Source: Candidatus Humimicrobiaceae bacterium (lineage in GTDB: Bacteria > Patescibacteriota > Minisyncoccia > Minisyncoccales > DG-74-1). Taken from it: a DNA stretch of 64,000 bases. Location of the stretch: assembly GCA_035530555.1 (NCBI GenBank), contig DATKUR010000003.1, positions 19,184 to 83,183 of the forward strand, written 5' to 3'. Positions 45,485-55,477 of this stretch are shown here, one piece after another (the first letter of the stretch is position 1; each line of letters begins with the position of its first letter). A program made the position numbers and the translations under genes. The notes under the pieces are model-generated. The model did not search any database. It worked only from the letters and a program-made list of their open reading frames with translations, and was not told where the DNA came from.

Positions 45485-46732
45485 ATGGCGAGACCGTCTA
45501 TAATTTGTGGCCTAGATATCGGGAGTCAAAATATTAAAACTTTAGTTGTCAAAAGAGAAACAGAAGGATTAATAGTATTAAATTACCAAGAAGTGCCTTC
45601 TTCTGGGGTTAGGAAGGGGGTAGTTATTTATCCTGAAGGAGTCTCTCAGGCCTTGAGAGAGAACTTTCTAAAAGTAAATCAAGAGGGCCAAAAAATTGAT
45701 TCTCTCTATTCGAACATTAGTGGATCTCATTTATTCTCCGCGTCTTCTCGCGGTTCTGTTGCCGTCTCCCGGGCTGACCAAAGAATTTCCGAAGAGGATA
45801 TTAATCGAGTATTAAGTGCCGCTCGGACCTTTTCCCTTCCTTCTAATAAAGAAATTTTTGATGTTATACCCCGAGAATTTATCATTGATGGAGAAAAAGG
45901 GATTAAAGAGCCCTTGGGCTTAAAAGGAGTAAGATTAGAAACTGAGGTTTTAGCTTTAGGCGGTTTTTCTCCTTATCTGAAAAATCTAACTCAGGCAGTT
46001 TTAGATTCGGGACTGCAAATTTTAGACAGAACTCCCTCGGCATTAGCTTCTGGCAGAGCTTGTTTGACTGAAAAACAAAAAGAATTAGGGGTAGCAATTT
46101 TAGACATCGGGGCCGGGACCTCTGACTTGGCGGTTTTTGAAGAAGGAGATCTAATTCATTTAGCAGTTTTACCTATTGGTTCTGCAAACATTAGTAATGA
46201 TATTGCCATTGGTTTAAAAACCGATATCGAAGTTGCTGAAAGAATTAAAATTGAGTTTGGTAGTTGTTTTCTGAAAAACAGCCGAAAGACAGCTGAACGT
46301 TCGCCCACTTCTCGTTCTCGCTCCGTTCGGGCAAAAGAAAAAATAGAATTAGAGAACCAAGAAACCTTAGTTTTCTCCTTAAAAGAATTAACCAACATTG
46401 TCGAAGCGAGGATTTCCGAGATTTTTCGAGAAATAAATAAAGAATTAAAGAAAATTTCCAGAGAAAAGCTCTTGCCAGCTGGAATAGTTTTGACTGGCGG
46501 TGGAGCGAAATTACCAGGAATAGTGGAGTTAGCTAAAAAAGAATTTCGTTTACCGATCAGATTAGGAAAACTAAAAGGGATCGCAGACCTAGAAAACGAT
46601 CCAAGCTTAGCCACTGTCTGCGGTTTAGTTTTACTGGGACAGGATTTGGAAGGAGAAACCGGCAAGTTTTCTTTTTCTGAAAGCGGAATAGGTTCTAAAT
46701 TAAAAAGAATTTTTAAAATATTTATTCCTTAA
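45485..46732 (+). CDS. ftsA: cell division protein FtsA
   Basis: Actin-like fold with ICGLDIGSQNIKTLVV. Confidence 0.9.
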   Translation: MARPSIICGLDIGSQNIKTLVVKRETEGLIVLNYQEVPSSGVRKGVVIYPEGVSQALRENFLKVNQEGQKIDSLYSNISGSHLFSASSRGSVAVSRADQRISEEDINRVLSAARTFSLPSNKEIFDVIPREFIIDGEKGIKEPLGLKGVRLETEVLALGGFSPYLKNLTQAVLDSGLQILDRTPSALASGRACLTEKQKELGVAILDIGAGTSDLAVFEEGDLIHLAVLPIGSANISNDIAIGLKTDIEVAERIKIEFGSCFLKNSRKTAERSPTSRSRSVRAKEKIELENQETLVFSLKELTNIVEARISEIFREINKELKKISREKLLPAGIVLTGGGAKLPGIVELAKKEFRLPIRLGKLKGIADLENDPSLATVCGLVLLGQDLEGETGKFSFSESGIGSKLKRIFKIFIP

Positions 46733-46733
46733 T

Positions 46734-47657
46734 ATGGAAACTAAAATAAAAGTAGTGGGGATTGGTGGTTCCGGTAACAATGCCGTTGCTCGAATGAAGA
46801 AATCGAAAATCGCTGGCGTAGAATTAATTGCTGTCAATACTGATTATCAGGATTTAAAGAAAATTAAGACTGACTTAAAATTACAAATTGGGAGGAGATT
46901 AACCCAGGGCTTAGGCGCCGGGATGAACCCCGAGGTTGGTCGCAAAGCGGCCGAAGAACAGAGAACGGATATTGAGAAAGTTCTAAGAGGCGCGGATATG
47001 ATTTTTCTGACCGGAGGACTCGGGGGCGGATCGTTTACAGGGGCGGCGCCGGTCATCGCTGAAATTTCAAGGAACCTGGGAATTTTGACTATCGCTGTTT
47101 GCACGTTACCTTTTTCTTTTGAAGGAAATTATCGAAAGAAGATCGCCATATCTGGAAAAGAAAAACTTAGAGAGAGAGTTGATGCCTTGATTGTCATTAA
47201 AAACGATAAATTGTTAGAAAACTTAGATCCGAAAATTCCTCTTTTGAACGCTTTCTGGCTTTGTGATGATATTTTAAGAGAAGGAGTGAGGGGAATTTCT
47301 GATTTAATAAACAAGCCGGGCATCATTAATATTGATTTTGCCGGCTGTAAAATGATCTTGAAAGACTCGGGAACCTGTCTTTTTGGTATAGGCCGGGCAA
47401 GCGGAGAAAAGAGAGCGGAAATAGCAGCCAAGAGTGCTCTTTGTTCTCCATTTTTGGAGGTTTCGCCAAAAGGAGCAAGAGGTGTTTTATTTAATGTCTC
47501 GGGCAGTAAAGATGTTTCTCTTGCAGAAATTGAGGAAATAGGCAGGTTTCTGACTCAAGAGATTAATCCTCAGGCCAGAGTTCTTTTTGGGGCGATTGAG
47601 GATGAGGAGTTACCAAAAGGCGAGATAAAGGTGACCGTGATAATCACCGGGTTTTAG
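46734..47657 (+). CDS. ftsZ: cell division protein FtsZ (core only, no C-terminal tail)
   Basis: GIGGSGNNAV...GLGAGMNPEVG. The 307-aa protein ends directly after the core domain. Confidence 0.92.
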   Translation: METKIKVVGIGGSGNNAVARMKKSKIAGVELIAVNTDYQDLKKIKTDLKLQIGRRLTQGLGAGMNPEVGRKAAEEQRTDIEKVLRGADMIFLTGGLGGGSFTGAAPVIAEISRNLGILTIAVCTLPFSFEGNYRKKIAISGKEKLRERVDALIVIKNDKLLENLDPKIPLLNAFWLCDDILREGVRGISDLINKPGIINIDFAGCKMILKDSGTCLFGIGRASGEKRAEIAAKSALCSPFLEVSPKGARGVLFNVSGSKDVSLAEIEEIGRFLTQEINPQARVLFGAIEDEELPKGEIKVTVIITGF

Positions 47658-47690
47658 GGTGTGGATAACTCCAGTTTTTTAAGGGATTTG

Positions 47691-47713
47691 ACTAGGTTTG
47701 ACCTAGTTTTTTT
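47691..47713 (+). terminator. rho-independent terminator after ftsZ
   Basis: ACTAGGT TTG ACCTAGT followed by TTTTTT. Confidence 0.75.
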
Positions 47714-47810
47714 GTTGAGGTAAAATATAATAATATTTCTTGCGAAAGTACGAAGAGTTATTAATTTTCCTTTCGTATTTTCGTATTTTTTTCGCAATTT
47801 CTTATTGGTT

Positions 47811-49931
47811 ATGAAAAACAAGCTCACTAAGGTTCAAAAAAGAGAAGGCCAGCTTGCTGAGTTTGATCTGGCTAAAATTCAAGACGCCCTTTTTAAGGCT
47901 CTTACCGCTACGGGTCAGGGTGACGGCAAAAAATCAAAGAAACTTTCCGATAAAGTTGTTCAGATTTTGAACCGGAGGTTTAAAGAAGAGGAAATTCCTC
48001 ACGTAGAACAGATTCAAGACATCGTTGAAGAGATTTTGATTTTGGAAGGATTGGTTGATACTGCCAAGGCTTATATTCTGTACCGAGAACAAAGGAGAAG
48101 AATTAGGGAAGCAGTGGCCGTGGTTGACGAATCAACCGAGATGATTGACACATACATTAAAGAACTTGATTGGCAGGTTCAAGAAAATGCCAATATGACA
48201 TTTTCCTTACAAGGACTCAACCAATACGCAATCAAAGAAATTTCCAGAAAATACTGGCTGAATAAAATTTATCCCAAAGAAATCAGAGAGGCCGCTGTCA
48301 ATGAAGATTTTCATATTCATAATTTAGAAACCCTGGCTCCATACTGTGCGGGCTGGGATCTTTATGACTTATTGTTGCGGGGATTCCGTGGAGTTCCGTC
48401 AAAAATAGAATCCCGGCCGCCAAAACACTTTAGAACAGCCCTGGGCCAGTTGGTAAATTTTTTATTTACGCTTCAAGGAGAAACGGCCGGCGCAAATGCT
48501 GTTTCTAATTTCGATACGTTGTTAGCCCCTTTTATCAGATACGATAATTTAAATTATCTTCAAGTAAAACAAGCGATACAAGAGTTTCTTTATAACTGTA
48601 TGGTACCTACCCGGGTTGGTTTTCAAACTCCATTTATAAATGTTTCTCTAGACATTAAAGTCCCTGAGTTTTACAAGAATCAGCCAGTAATTATTGGCGG
48701 GAGACCTCAAAAGGAAACTTACGGAGAATTCCAGGAAGAGATGAATATTTTTATCAAGGCTTTTTACGAGGGATTAATGGAGGGCGATGCCAAGGGGCGG
48801 CCAATGACCTTTCCTATTCCAACAGTTTCCATTGCAAAAGATTTCAACTGGGAAGACTCCGCTTTAGAGCCGTTATGGGAAGCTACTGCAAAATATGGAG
48901 TAAACTATTTTTCAAACTTTATCCAGTCAGATATGAACCCAGATGATGCGAGAAGTATGTGTTGTCGGCTTCGTCTTGACAACAGAGAGCTCTACAAAAG
49001 AGGTGGCGGTCTTTTCGGTTCTAATCCCTCGACGGGGTCAATCGGCGTGTGCACGATTAATCTGCCGAGAATTGGCTACCTTTCAAAAACAAAGAAAGAT
49101 TTTTTTGAGAGATTGGGATATTTGATGGATCTGGCAAAAGAATCTTTAGAGATTAAAAGGAAAGCCCTGGAGGATTTTATGGAGAAAGGTCTTTATCCCT
49201 ACTCAAAATACTATTTGGCTTCAGTTAAAAAATTAAGAGATTCTTATTTTGGTAATCATTTTGCCACTATTGGTCTAATGGGAATGAACGAAGCCCTTCT
49301 GAATTTCATCGGAGAGAATACGGCCTCAAAGAGAGGAAGGAGGTTTGCCCTTGAAGTTCTGGATTTTATGAGAGAGAGATTGGTTAAGTATCAAAAGGAA
49401 ACCGGCAATCTTTATAACTTAGAAGCGACACCGGGCGAAGGGACCAGCTATCGCCAAGCAAAAGTTGATAAAGAGAGATATCCTACTATTGTTACTGCCG
49501 GGACAAAAGAAGTACCATATTATACCAACAGTTCACAGCTACCGGTTAATTACACTAATGATATCTTCGAAGCCTTGAAACTCCAAGACGATCTGCAATG
49601 TAAATATACCGGCGGTACGGTTTTACATCTCTTTTTGGGTGAGAGGATTTCCGATCCTCTTATTGCTAAAAACTTAATCAAGAAAGTTTTTGAGAAATTC
49701 CATTTACCCTACGTTACCTTGACTCCTACTTTCTCTATTTGTCCTGTCCATGGCTATATTACTGGAGAACACTTTCACTGTCCTCAATGCACCGTCAAGC
49801 AGCCTTGCGAAGTTTATTCTCGCATCGTGGGATATTTGCGTCCGGTATCTCAATGGAATACTGGCAAACAAGAAGAATTTAAAGAAAGAAAAGAATTCAA
49901 AATTAGAAAGCCCGAACTGGTTAAGACATAA
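47811..49931 (+). CDS. nrdD: anaerobic ribonucleoside-triphosphate reductase
   Basis: ATP-cone N-terminus and C-terminal CPVHGYITGEHFHCPQC with the glycyl-radical RIVGYLRPV. The ATG at 47811 is chosen. Confidence 0.9.
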   Translation: MKNKLTKVQKREGQLAEFDLAKIQDALFKALTATGQGDGKKSKKLSDKVVQILNRRFKEEEIPHVEQIQDIVEEILILEGLVDTAKAYILYREQRRRIREAVAVVDESTEMIDTYIKELDWQVQENANMTFSLQGLNQYAIKEISRKYWLNKIYPKEIREAAVNEDFHIHNLETLAPYCAGWDLYDLLLRGFRGVPSKIESRPPKHFRTALGQLVNFLFTLQGETAGANAVSNFDTLLAPFIRYDNLNYLQVKQAIQEFLYNCMVPTRVGFQTPFINVSLDIKVPEFYKNQPVIIGGRPQKETYGEFQEEMNIFIKAFYEGLMEGDAKGRPMTFPIPTVSIAKDFNWEDSALEPLWEATAKYGVNYFSNFIQSDMNPDDARSMCCRLRLDNRELYKRGGGLFGSNPSTGSIGVCTINLPRIGYLSKTKKDFFERLGYLMDLAKESLEIKRKALEDFMEKGLYPYSKYYLASVKKLRDSYFGNHFATIGLMGMNEALLNFIGENTASKRGRRFALEVLDFMRERLVKYQKETGNLYNLEATPGEGTSYRQAKVDKERYPTIVTAGTKEVPYYTNSSQLPVNYTNDIFEALKLQDDLQCKYTGGTVLHLFLGERISDPLIAKNLIKKVFEKFHLPYVTLTPTFSICPVHGYITGEHFHCPQCTVKQPCEVYSRIVGYLRPVSQWNTGKQEEFKERKEFKIRKPELVKT

Positions 49932-49933
49932 TT

Positions 49934-50629
49934 ATGGAAATTGGCGGTTTACAAAGAACTACTCTCATTGATTTTCCTGGCCGCATAGCGGCCACGATTT
50001 TTCTTTGCGGTTGCAATTTTCGTTGCCCATGGTGCTACTCTTCAGAGCTGGTTTTGCCGGAGAAAATCAAAAAGCAGCCGAAAATTACAGAAAAAGAATT
50101 TTTTAAATTTTTGGAATCCAGAAAGGAATTACTGGAAGGTGTTGTAGTTTGCGGCGGTGAGCCAACGATCAATAAAGATTTACCGGACTTTGTAAGAGAA
50201 ATTAAAAGCTTGGGATTTTTAGTAAAGATTGATACGAATGGCTCAAATCCTCAGATGTTAAAAAATTTAATTGATAAAAAATTAATTGATTACGTCGCTA
50301 TAGATATTAAAGGACCCCAAAAAAAATACAGCCAGCTTACTGGAATAAAAGCTGATATAAAAGAAATTCAGAAAAGCATTGATATTTTGAAAGAGGATAA
50401 AGTTGATTACGAGTTTCGCAGCACGATAGTGCCTTCGCTTCATACAAAAGAAGACGTAATAGAGATGGCAAGATGGATTAGCGGCGCTAAAAGATACTAC
50501 TTGCAAAATTTTAGATCGGAAAAAACTATTGATCCGAATTTTGAAAAGATAGAGCCCTATCCTCAAGAGTTTCTATTAGAAATCCAAAAAATAATCTCTC
50601 CGTTTTTTGAAACCTGTCAGATAAGGTAA
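49934..50629 (+). CDS. nrdG: anaerobic RNR activating protein (radical SAM)
   Basis: CGCNFRCPWCYS. Confidence 0.9.
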   Translation: MEIGGLQRTTLIDFPGRIAATIFLCGCNFRCPWCYSSELVLPEKIKKQPKITEKEFFKFLESRKELLEGVVVCGGEPTINKDLPDFVREIKSLGFLVKIDTNGSNPQMLKNLIDKKLIDYVAIDIKGPQKKYSQLTGIKADIKEIQKSIDILKEDKVDYEFRSTIVPSLHTKEDVIEMARWISGAKRYYLQNFRSEKTIDPNFEKIEPYPQEFLLEIQKIISPFFETCQIR

Positions 50630-50638
50630 AATCAGACA

Positions 50639-52162
50639 ATGATTGCCTCTAAAATATTTCTATATTTTTGCCTCTCTTTTATTGGGGGGATTTTTATTAG
50701 TTCATTTTCTTTTGTTTCTCAGTCGATTTTACTGATGGTTTCGATTTCAGGGATTTTGCTGATTTCAGCTTTCTGGAAATACAAAAAATTTGTTGTTGTT
50801 GGTTTTTGTCTTCTATTTTTAATTTTGGGAATTTGGCGGCATCAGAGTATAGAGTTAAATATTGTGAACAGTGAATTAAGAAAGCTTAATGGTCTAGAAG
50901 AAAATATTACTTTGGTGGGCACCGTGGTATTCGAACCCGATATCAGAGAGAAAAGCATCAAATTAACACTGGATAATTTGATGGTTGAAACAGAAGAAAT
51001 GAGAAGCAAGCCCCTTCCAGTTAACGGTAGGGTTTTAGTGACTACTTGGCGATATCCGGAATATAAATACGGAAACAGGTTAAAGATTACAGGTCAATTA
51101 GAAAATCCGCCTATTTTCGAAGATTTTAATTATAAAGATTATTTAAAGAAGGAGGGGATCTATTCAGTAATGAGTTGGCCGGAAATTGAACTATTAGCAA
51201 AAGAAACCCAGTTTTCGTCTTTGGAGAAGGGCTACGCTAAGATTTTAAATTTTAAAGAAAAATTGAGAGGGTCAATTTATCAAAATCTTTCTCCGTCCCA
51301 AGGTTCAATTTTAGGAGCTATGGTCTTGGGAGATAAAAGAAAACTTACAGATAATTTAAAAGAAAAATTAAACATTGCTGGCGTCAGACATATTACTGCC
51401 ATTTCCGGACTTCACGTTGCTATTTTGACCAGTGCCTTAATGGCGATTTTAATTGCTCTCGGTTTTTGGCGCCAGCAGGCTTTTTGGTTTTCAGTCGTTT
51501 TGATCGCTTTGTTTATTATTATGACCGGTTTCCAGTCTTCCGCTGTTCGTGCCGGAATTATAGGCGGGCTTTTTCTTTTAGGTCAATATTTAGGGAGGAT
51601 GAGCGTTTCCTCTCGTTCAATAGTAATAGCGGCCGCTCTGATGTTAGCTCACAACCCTTTACTTTTGAAACTAGATGTCGGTTTTCAACTTTCTTTCCTG
51701 GCGATGATGGGGATAATATATCTCATGCCGATTTTCCAAGATTGGTTAACCTCCACATCAAAATTTTTAGTGTGGAGGCAATTAAAAAGCGTTTTAGCGA
51801 TGACTCTCTCAGCTCAAGTTTTTACTTTACCAATTTTGATATATAATTTCGGTTATCTCTCTTTGGTAACACCAGTAACTAATATTTTAATCGTTCCCCT
51901 TCTTCCTTTTATAATGCTATTAGGGTTTATTTCTGGGTTAACTGGGATAATCTTTCAGCCTTTGGGCTGGGTTTTTTCCTGGCCGGCTTGGGGATTATTA
52001 ACATATTTGATAAAAGTAGTCGATTGGTTTTCAGGTCTTTCTTTGGCTTATTTAACTATCGAAAATATCCACTGGGTTTGGTTGATAATTCCCTATTTGG
52101 TTTTAGGGTTTATAACATGGCGAATACAAGAAAACCGAAAACTAAGATTTTTAAGATACTGA
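50639..52162 (+). CDS. comEC: ComEC/Rec2-family competence protein (no MBL domain)
   Basis: DUF4131 plus a competence domain with ITAISGLHVAILTSALMAI, over 507 aa. Confidence 0.8.
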   Translation: MIASKIFLYFCLSFIGGIFISSFSFVSQSILLMVSISGILLISAFWKYKKFVVVGFCLLFLILGIWRHQSIELNIVNSELRKLNGLEENITLVGTVVFEPDIREKSIKLTLDNLMVETEEMRSKPLPVNGRVLVTTWRYPEYKYGNRLKITGQLENPPIFEDFNYKDYLKKEGIYSVMSWPEIELLAKETQFSSLEKGYAKILNFKEKLRGSIYQNLSPSQGSILGAMVLGDKRKLTDNLKEKLNIAGVRHITAISGLHVAILTSALMAILIALGFWRQQAFWFSVVLIALFIIMTGFQSSAVRAGIIGGLFLLGQYLGRMSVSSRSIVIAAALMLAHNPLLLKLDVGFQLSFLAMMGIIYLMPIFQDWLTSTSKFLVWRQLKSVLAMTLSAQVFTLPILIYNFGYLSLVTPVTNILIVPLLPFIMLLGFISGLTGIIFQPLGWVFSWPAWGLLTYLIKVVDWFSGLSLAYLTIENIHWVWLIIPYLVLGFITWRIQENRKLRFLRY

Positions 52163-52267
52163 GGGTAAGATGAGGCCCTGTTAAAAGAGTTGTATTGCAA
52201 ACGTTCAAAATAGAATATCGTCTCCGGAGCTTGGAGAATAACCTTCTAATAGGGTAAAATAAAGCAT

Positions 52268-53560
52268 ATGGAAGAAAACGCATGGATTATATCTGTTAAC
52301 ATGGGCTACGGCCATCAGAGAACGGCCTATCCCCTAAAGGGGTTAGCTCCCGACGGGAAGATTATCAACGCCAACGATTATCAGAATATTCCGGAAAAAG
52401 ATAGGAAAATCTGGGGAACAACTCGAAGGGGCTACGAATTTATTTCTAATTTCTATCAAGCTCCTTTAATTGGCAAGACTATTTTCTCTTTTTTCGATCG
52501 TTTTCAGAGGATTTTGACTTTTTATCCAAAGAGAGACTTGTCAAAACCTAATTTTGTCTTGAAACAAATTTACTCCGGCTTTAAAAAAGGATGGGGAGAA
52601 CACTTGATTAAAGACTTGAATTTTAAAAACCCAAAATTGCCGATTGTTTCCACCTTTTTTATCCCGGCTTTTATGGCCGAATTTTTTAATTATCCCGGCA
52701 AGATTTTTTGTATTGTTTGTGATGCTGATATTTCAAGAACTTGGGCACCCTTAAAACCGAGAGAAAGCAAAATTAAATATTTTGCGCCTAACGAAAGAAC
52801 GGTTGAAAGATTAAAACTTTACGGAGTAAAGCCGGAAAATATTTTTTTAACCGGTTATCCTCTAACTTCAGAAAATATCGGCGTTGAAGAGATAGAAATT
52901 TTAAAAGAAGATTTGAAGTGCCGACTTTTAAACTTAGATACAAAAAGAAAATATTTTGAAAAATATAGAGACCTGATCGAGTCTCGTCTGGGGAAACTAC
53001 CTGAAAAATCGGGCCGTCCTTTGACAATAATATTTTCAGTTGGGGGGGCGGGTGCCCAAAAGGAAATTGCAATTAAAATTATAAAATGCTTGAAATCTTA
53101 TTTGGAGCAAAAGCGTCTGAGAATAATTGTGTCAGCCGGTATTAGAGAAAAAGTTAAAAAATACTTTGAGAAAGAATTAAAGAAGTTAAACCTGGTGCAG
53201 CCTAATTTTGTTAAGATAATTTATGAAAAAAATATAGAGGATTATTTTCAAAAATTCAATAAAGCGCTGAGAGAGACTGATATTTTATGGACCAAACCTT
53301 CAGAATTGTCTTTTTATTCCGCTTTAGGCATACCTATTATTATTGCTCCGCCGATTGGCTCTCAAGAGGAATTTAATATGAGATGGCTTTTAAAATCTGG
53401 CTTTGGAATTTTACAAGAAGATCTAAGTCATGTATCTGAATGGCTTTTTGATTGGCTCGACCAGGGTTATTTGGCCGAAATGGCCGTCGAGGGGTTTATC
53501 GAAGGAGAAAAATCAGGGACTTTTAATATTAAAAATATTGTAAAAAAATGCCCTGGTTAA
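52268..53560 (+). CDS. GT-B glycosyltransferase (MGDG synthase/UgtP-like, GT28-like)
   Basis: N-terminal IISVNMGYGHQRTAYPL resembles the GxGH motif of GT28. The C-terminus is MurG-like (SVGGAGAQ...ALGIPIIIAP). Confidence 0.55.
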   Translation: MEENAWIISVNMGYGHQRTAYPLKGLAPDGKIINANDYQNIPEKDRKIWGTTRRGYEFISNFYQAPLIGKTIFSFFDRFQRILTFYPKRDLSKPNFVLKQIYSGFKKGWGEHLIKDLNFKNPKLPIVSTFFIPAFMAEFFNYPGKIFCIVCDADISRTWAPLKPRESKIKYFAPNERTVERLKLYGVKPENIFLTGYPLTSENIGVEEIEILKEDLKCRLLNLDTKRKYFEKYRDLIESRLGKLPEKSGRPLTIIFSVGGAGAQKEIAIKIIKCLKSYLEQKRLRIIVSAGIREKVKKYFEKELKKLNLVQPNFVKIIYEKNIEDYFQKFNKALRETDILWTKPSELSFYSALGIPIIIAPPIGSQEEFNMRWLLKSGFGILQEDLSHVSEWLFDWLDQGYLAEMAVEGFIEGEKSGTFNIKNIVKKCPG

Positions 53561-54453
53561 TAATTACAGTTTTAGCTTATTTCTTTCTTGCAGTTGTTTC
53601 TCTTTTCGACCGTTATTTTTTAGTCGGGCCAGTGCCAAATCCTAAAACTTATACTTTCTATGTCGGGATCCTTTGGTTCTTTTTAAGCTTGGTTTTTCTT
53701 CCCTTTATAACTTTTCCAGAAAATAATCTTTTACTCCTCGGATTAGCAGCTGGTTTAATTAGGATTATTGCCGTTTTTTTCTTAACAAAGAGTATAGTTG
53801 AAAGCGAGATTTCAAGGGTCGTGCCGGCAATAGGGGGACTTTTGCCCATTTTTTCCTTTTTTCTGTTTTTTCTTTTCCTTCCACAAAACGAGCTTTTAAA
53901 TTTTGCTCAAATTTTGGCTTTTATCTTACTTCTTTCAGGTTCTATTTTAATCTCCTTGAAGAAATTTTCATTTAATTTTTTTTCTTTCAAAACTTTAAAA
54001 TATCCGATTTTAGCAGCCTTTCTTTTTGCCCTAAATTTCTTCTTAATGAAAAATCTTTTTTTAAAGGTAAGTTTTTTTAGTGGGTTTTTCTTGATTTTAC
54101 TTGGCGGAGGATTGGGAGTAATTGTTTTCCTTATTTTTCCAAGAGATAGAAAGATAATTCTTTCTCAAAAATTTGTTCAGAGAATATCTATGCTTTTCAT
54201 CCTGGGCCAGGTCTTTGGGGGATTGGGGGTGATTTTTCAACAATATGCCATTTTCCTAGCTAAACCCTATCAAGTTCCCTTAATTAATGCCTTAGAAGGA
54301 ATACGCTATGTTTTTCTGTTAGTTTTTGTTTTTATTTTATCAATTTTGAACCCGAGACTTTTAAAGGAAGAATTAGTAGATAAAACTCTTCTTCAAAAAA
54401 TTATAGCCATTTTATTGATTGGAGGAGGGTTAGCCTTGCTAACTTTAAAATAA
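53548..54453 (+). CDS. hypothetical polytopic membrane protein (possibly DMT/EamA-like)
   Basis: About 10 predicted TM segments. The family assignment is weak. Confidence 0.5.
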   Translation: MPWLIITVLAYFFLAVVSLFDRYFLVGPVPNPKTYTFYVGILWFFLSLVFLPFITFPENNLLLLGLAAGLIRIIAVFFLTKSIVESEISRVVPAIGGLLPIFSFFLFFLFLPQNELLNFAQILAFILLLSGSILISLKKFSFNFFSFKTLKYPILAAFLFALNFFLMKNLFLKVSFFSGFFLILLGGGLGVIVFLIFPRDRKIILSQKFVQRISMLFILGQVFGGLGVIFQQYAIFLAKPYQVPLINALEGIRYVFLLVFVFILSILNPRLLKEELVDKTLLQKIIAILLIGGGLALLTLK

Positions 54454-54454
54454 A

Positions 54455-55441
54455 ATGAGATTTAAAATGCTTTTTTTAATAATTTTATTATTAATTTTAT
54501 TTCTCGTGGGCTTCTTTTTTATTGGTAGACCTCCTCGGGCAGAAAAAATAACCTTTGGAATAAATTTTTCCCAAAAGCATAGTCAGAATCTTGGCTTAGA
54601 TTGGAAAGAAGCTTATCTAGCTTTCTTAGATGATTTAGAAGTTAAAAATATAAAATTATTAACTCATTGGGACTTGATTGAATCAGAAAAAGACAAGTAT
54701 ACTTTTGAGGATTTAGATTGGCAGATTGAAATGGCCGAAGAAAAAGGAGCTAACCTTATTTTAGTAATTGGCATCAAAACTGGCCGTTGGCCGGAATGCC
54801 ATATTCCTCAATGGGCGCAAGATTTACCAAAAGAAGAACAGCAAAAAGAGATTTTAGAAGTTATCAAGCAGGTCATTTTAAGATACAAAGATCGAGCCCC
54901 TGTTTGGGCTTGGCAGGTGGAGAATGAGGCATTCTTTCCATTTGGCGAATGTCCGTGGACAGATATTGATTTTTTGAAAAAAGAAATAGATTTAGTAAAA
55001 TCTCTTGATAGCAAACCGATTATTATTTCCGACAGCGGAGAATTCTCTTTTTGGATTAGAGCTGCTCGATTAGGAGATATGGTTGGAACTACTCTGCACA
55101 GAAGAGCCTGGTTTAAAGAATTAGGGATTTATGTCCGTTACCCATTTACGCCGTCATATTATTGGCGGAGAGCTGAAATTATCAGGAAATTTTTCGGCAA
55201 AAAAGTAATCAGCGTAGAACTACAAGCCGAACCCTGGGGTCCAACCCTTCTTTATTGGTTGCCGCTGGAAGAACAAGAGAAAACAATGAACTTGAAGCAA
55301 TTTAAAAAGAACATTGAATTTGCCGAAAAAACTGGCCTTGATACTTTTTATTTATGGGGAGCGGAATGGTGGTACTGGATGAAAGTGAAACAAAATCAGC
55401 CAGAAATTTGGCAAGAAGCCAAAAAATTATTTGTCCCGTAG
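54455..55441 (+). CDS. membrane-anchored putative glycoside hydrolase (TIM-barrel, GH5/GH42-like)
   Basis: N-terminal TM segment, then HWDLIESEKDKYTFEDLDWQIEMAEEKGANLILVI and a catalytic-like VENEAFF. Confidence 0.45.
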   Translation: MRFKMLFLIILLLILFLVGFFFIGRPPRAEKITFGINFSQKHSQNLGLDWKEAYLAFLDDLEVKNIKLLTHWDLIESEKDKYTFEDLDWQIEMAEEKGANLILVIGIKTGRWPECHIPQWAQDLPKEEQQKEILEVIKQVILRYKDRAPVWAWQVENEAFFPFGECPWTDIDFLKKEIDLVKSLDSKPIIISDSGEFSFWIRAARLGDMVGTTLHRRAWFKELGIYVRYPFTPSYYWRRAEIIRKFFGKKVISVELQAEPWGPTLLYWLPLEEQEKTMNLKQFKKNIEFAEKTGLDTFYLWGAEWWYWMKVKQNQPEIWQEAKKLFVP

Positions 55442-55477
55442 TTAAATTCGAAGAAGTTATACTATTTAGGTTTTATT

